From Mobula hypostoma (taxonomy: Eukaryota), in the NCBI RefSeq assembly GCF_963921235.1, contig NC_086097.1, positions 172,670,001 to 172,734,000 on the forward strand: a stretch of 64,000 nt of DNA. Reading direction: 5' to 3'. A program made the position numbers and the translations under genes. Positions within the stretch are counted from its first letter, which is position 1; every line of letters starts with the position of its first letter. The notes under the pieces were generated by a model. That model worked only from the letters and a program-made list of their open reading frames with translations, did no database searches and was not told the origin of the DNA. Positions 62,883-64,000 of the stretch are shown piece by piece.

Positions 62883-64000
62883 GAAAGAGAGTCACAATTC
62901 ACTGCATAGAATTCACAGCCAACAGATTATTTGTGAAACAAAATGACATGGTTTCCTCCCACATGTCAAAGGTGGGCAGGTTGGTAGATTAAACTCCATA
63001 GCTTTGGCATGTGTGTAGGTAAGTGGTAGAATCTAGGGGCAGCTGATGAGAATGTGTGGAGAACAAAAAAATGCAAAAATAAATGGCAGAGGAACTCAGC
63101 AAATCAGGCAGTATCTGTGGAGAGGAGTAACTAGTTGACACTTCAGATTGAGATCCTTCATCAGGACTGCATCTCTTGTGCTCAAGATTTCCAGAATCTC
63201 CAGAGTCTCATGTTTGGAACTGACATAGATTCGGTGAGCTGAATGCCCTGCTTCTGTGCTGCATCTCTCTATAAACCCACACCTTTTTCTCCACCACGTC
63301 CCCATGACTCTACTCACCATCCTCTTACTTTCCTACCCACTCGGCATCCCATCACCCCCCCCAAAAAACCCAATGCACATAGGCTGTCCAGATATTAAAA
63401 CTCACTTTGCTTTTTCAAGAGTCAACTTGCTGCTTTCCATGGATCCCATGGATTATTAAATTCCTGACCAGTCTGCTCTGAGAGATTTAGTCAAAAATGG
63501 TGCTGGAATCATGCTCCAATTGCTTAGGTCCTTGGAATGACTACACCTTAAATACTGTGTGTAGATCTGTCTCCTCACATGAGCAATTGAGGGAATGTTG
63601 CAAAGCTTTCTGGAATGGTTGTTTATAGTATAAAGATAGAATGAGCTGGTAGGACCTATATCTTTTAGTTTAGAAGAACAAGAGGTAATGTCAATGAAAT
63701 GGACAAAATATCAGAGGGATTCTTAAAATTTCCAATCTTAATGAATAGGGTGGATGAAGGGCCAATGTTGTCTCTGATCAGGGTATCTAGAAACAGAGGT
63801 CACAGTCTCACAATAAGGAATTGGTCATTCAGGAAAAAGATATATTTTTCTGAATATCTTATTCTGAATTGTGTATAATTTATGTTAATTTATGAAGTGC
63901 TGCTGATGCAAAATGTAAATTTTCATGATACTTATACCCTGTGTATGAATGCCCATGACAATAAACCTGAACCTAAGATAAGAAAAAAAAATTCTTCATC

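Overview
This is eukaryotic, repeat-dense non-coding DNA, probably a large intron or intergenic region. Its repeat content resembles a cartilaginous fish, possibly a ray (inference). I found no host protein-coding gene, rRNA, tRNA or CRISPR array that I could support. Nearly all ORFs with recognisable homology are decayed transposon fragments: CR1, Rex-Babar, L1, Tx1 and RTE LINEs, Penelope (GIY-YIG) elements, Gypsy LTR elements and solo LTRs, hAT transposons and non-autonomous SINE-like retroposons. Many have readable target-site duplications (TSDs). The main observations are: (1) an intact minimal hammerhead ribozyme at the 3' end of a TSD-flanked Penelope copy, plus several decayed copies; (2) two interleaved inverted duplications at 34.5-36.5 kb and a third near 49 kb, which look like local template-switch events; (3) a ~9.5 kb nested stack in which one old LINE is split by four insertions that carry further insertions; (4) a hAT element carrying a CR1 passenger; (5) internally deleted L1 and Gypsy elements with intact ends; (6) a promoter/enhancer-like motif cluster beside a candidate 36-nt microexon at 10.6-10.9 kb. 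Family assignments come from recognising translated motifs by eye. Boundaries without a TSD are approximate.
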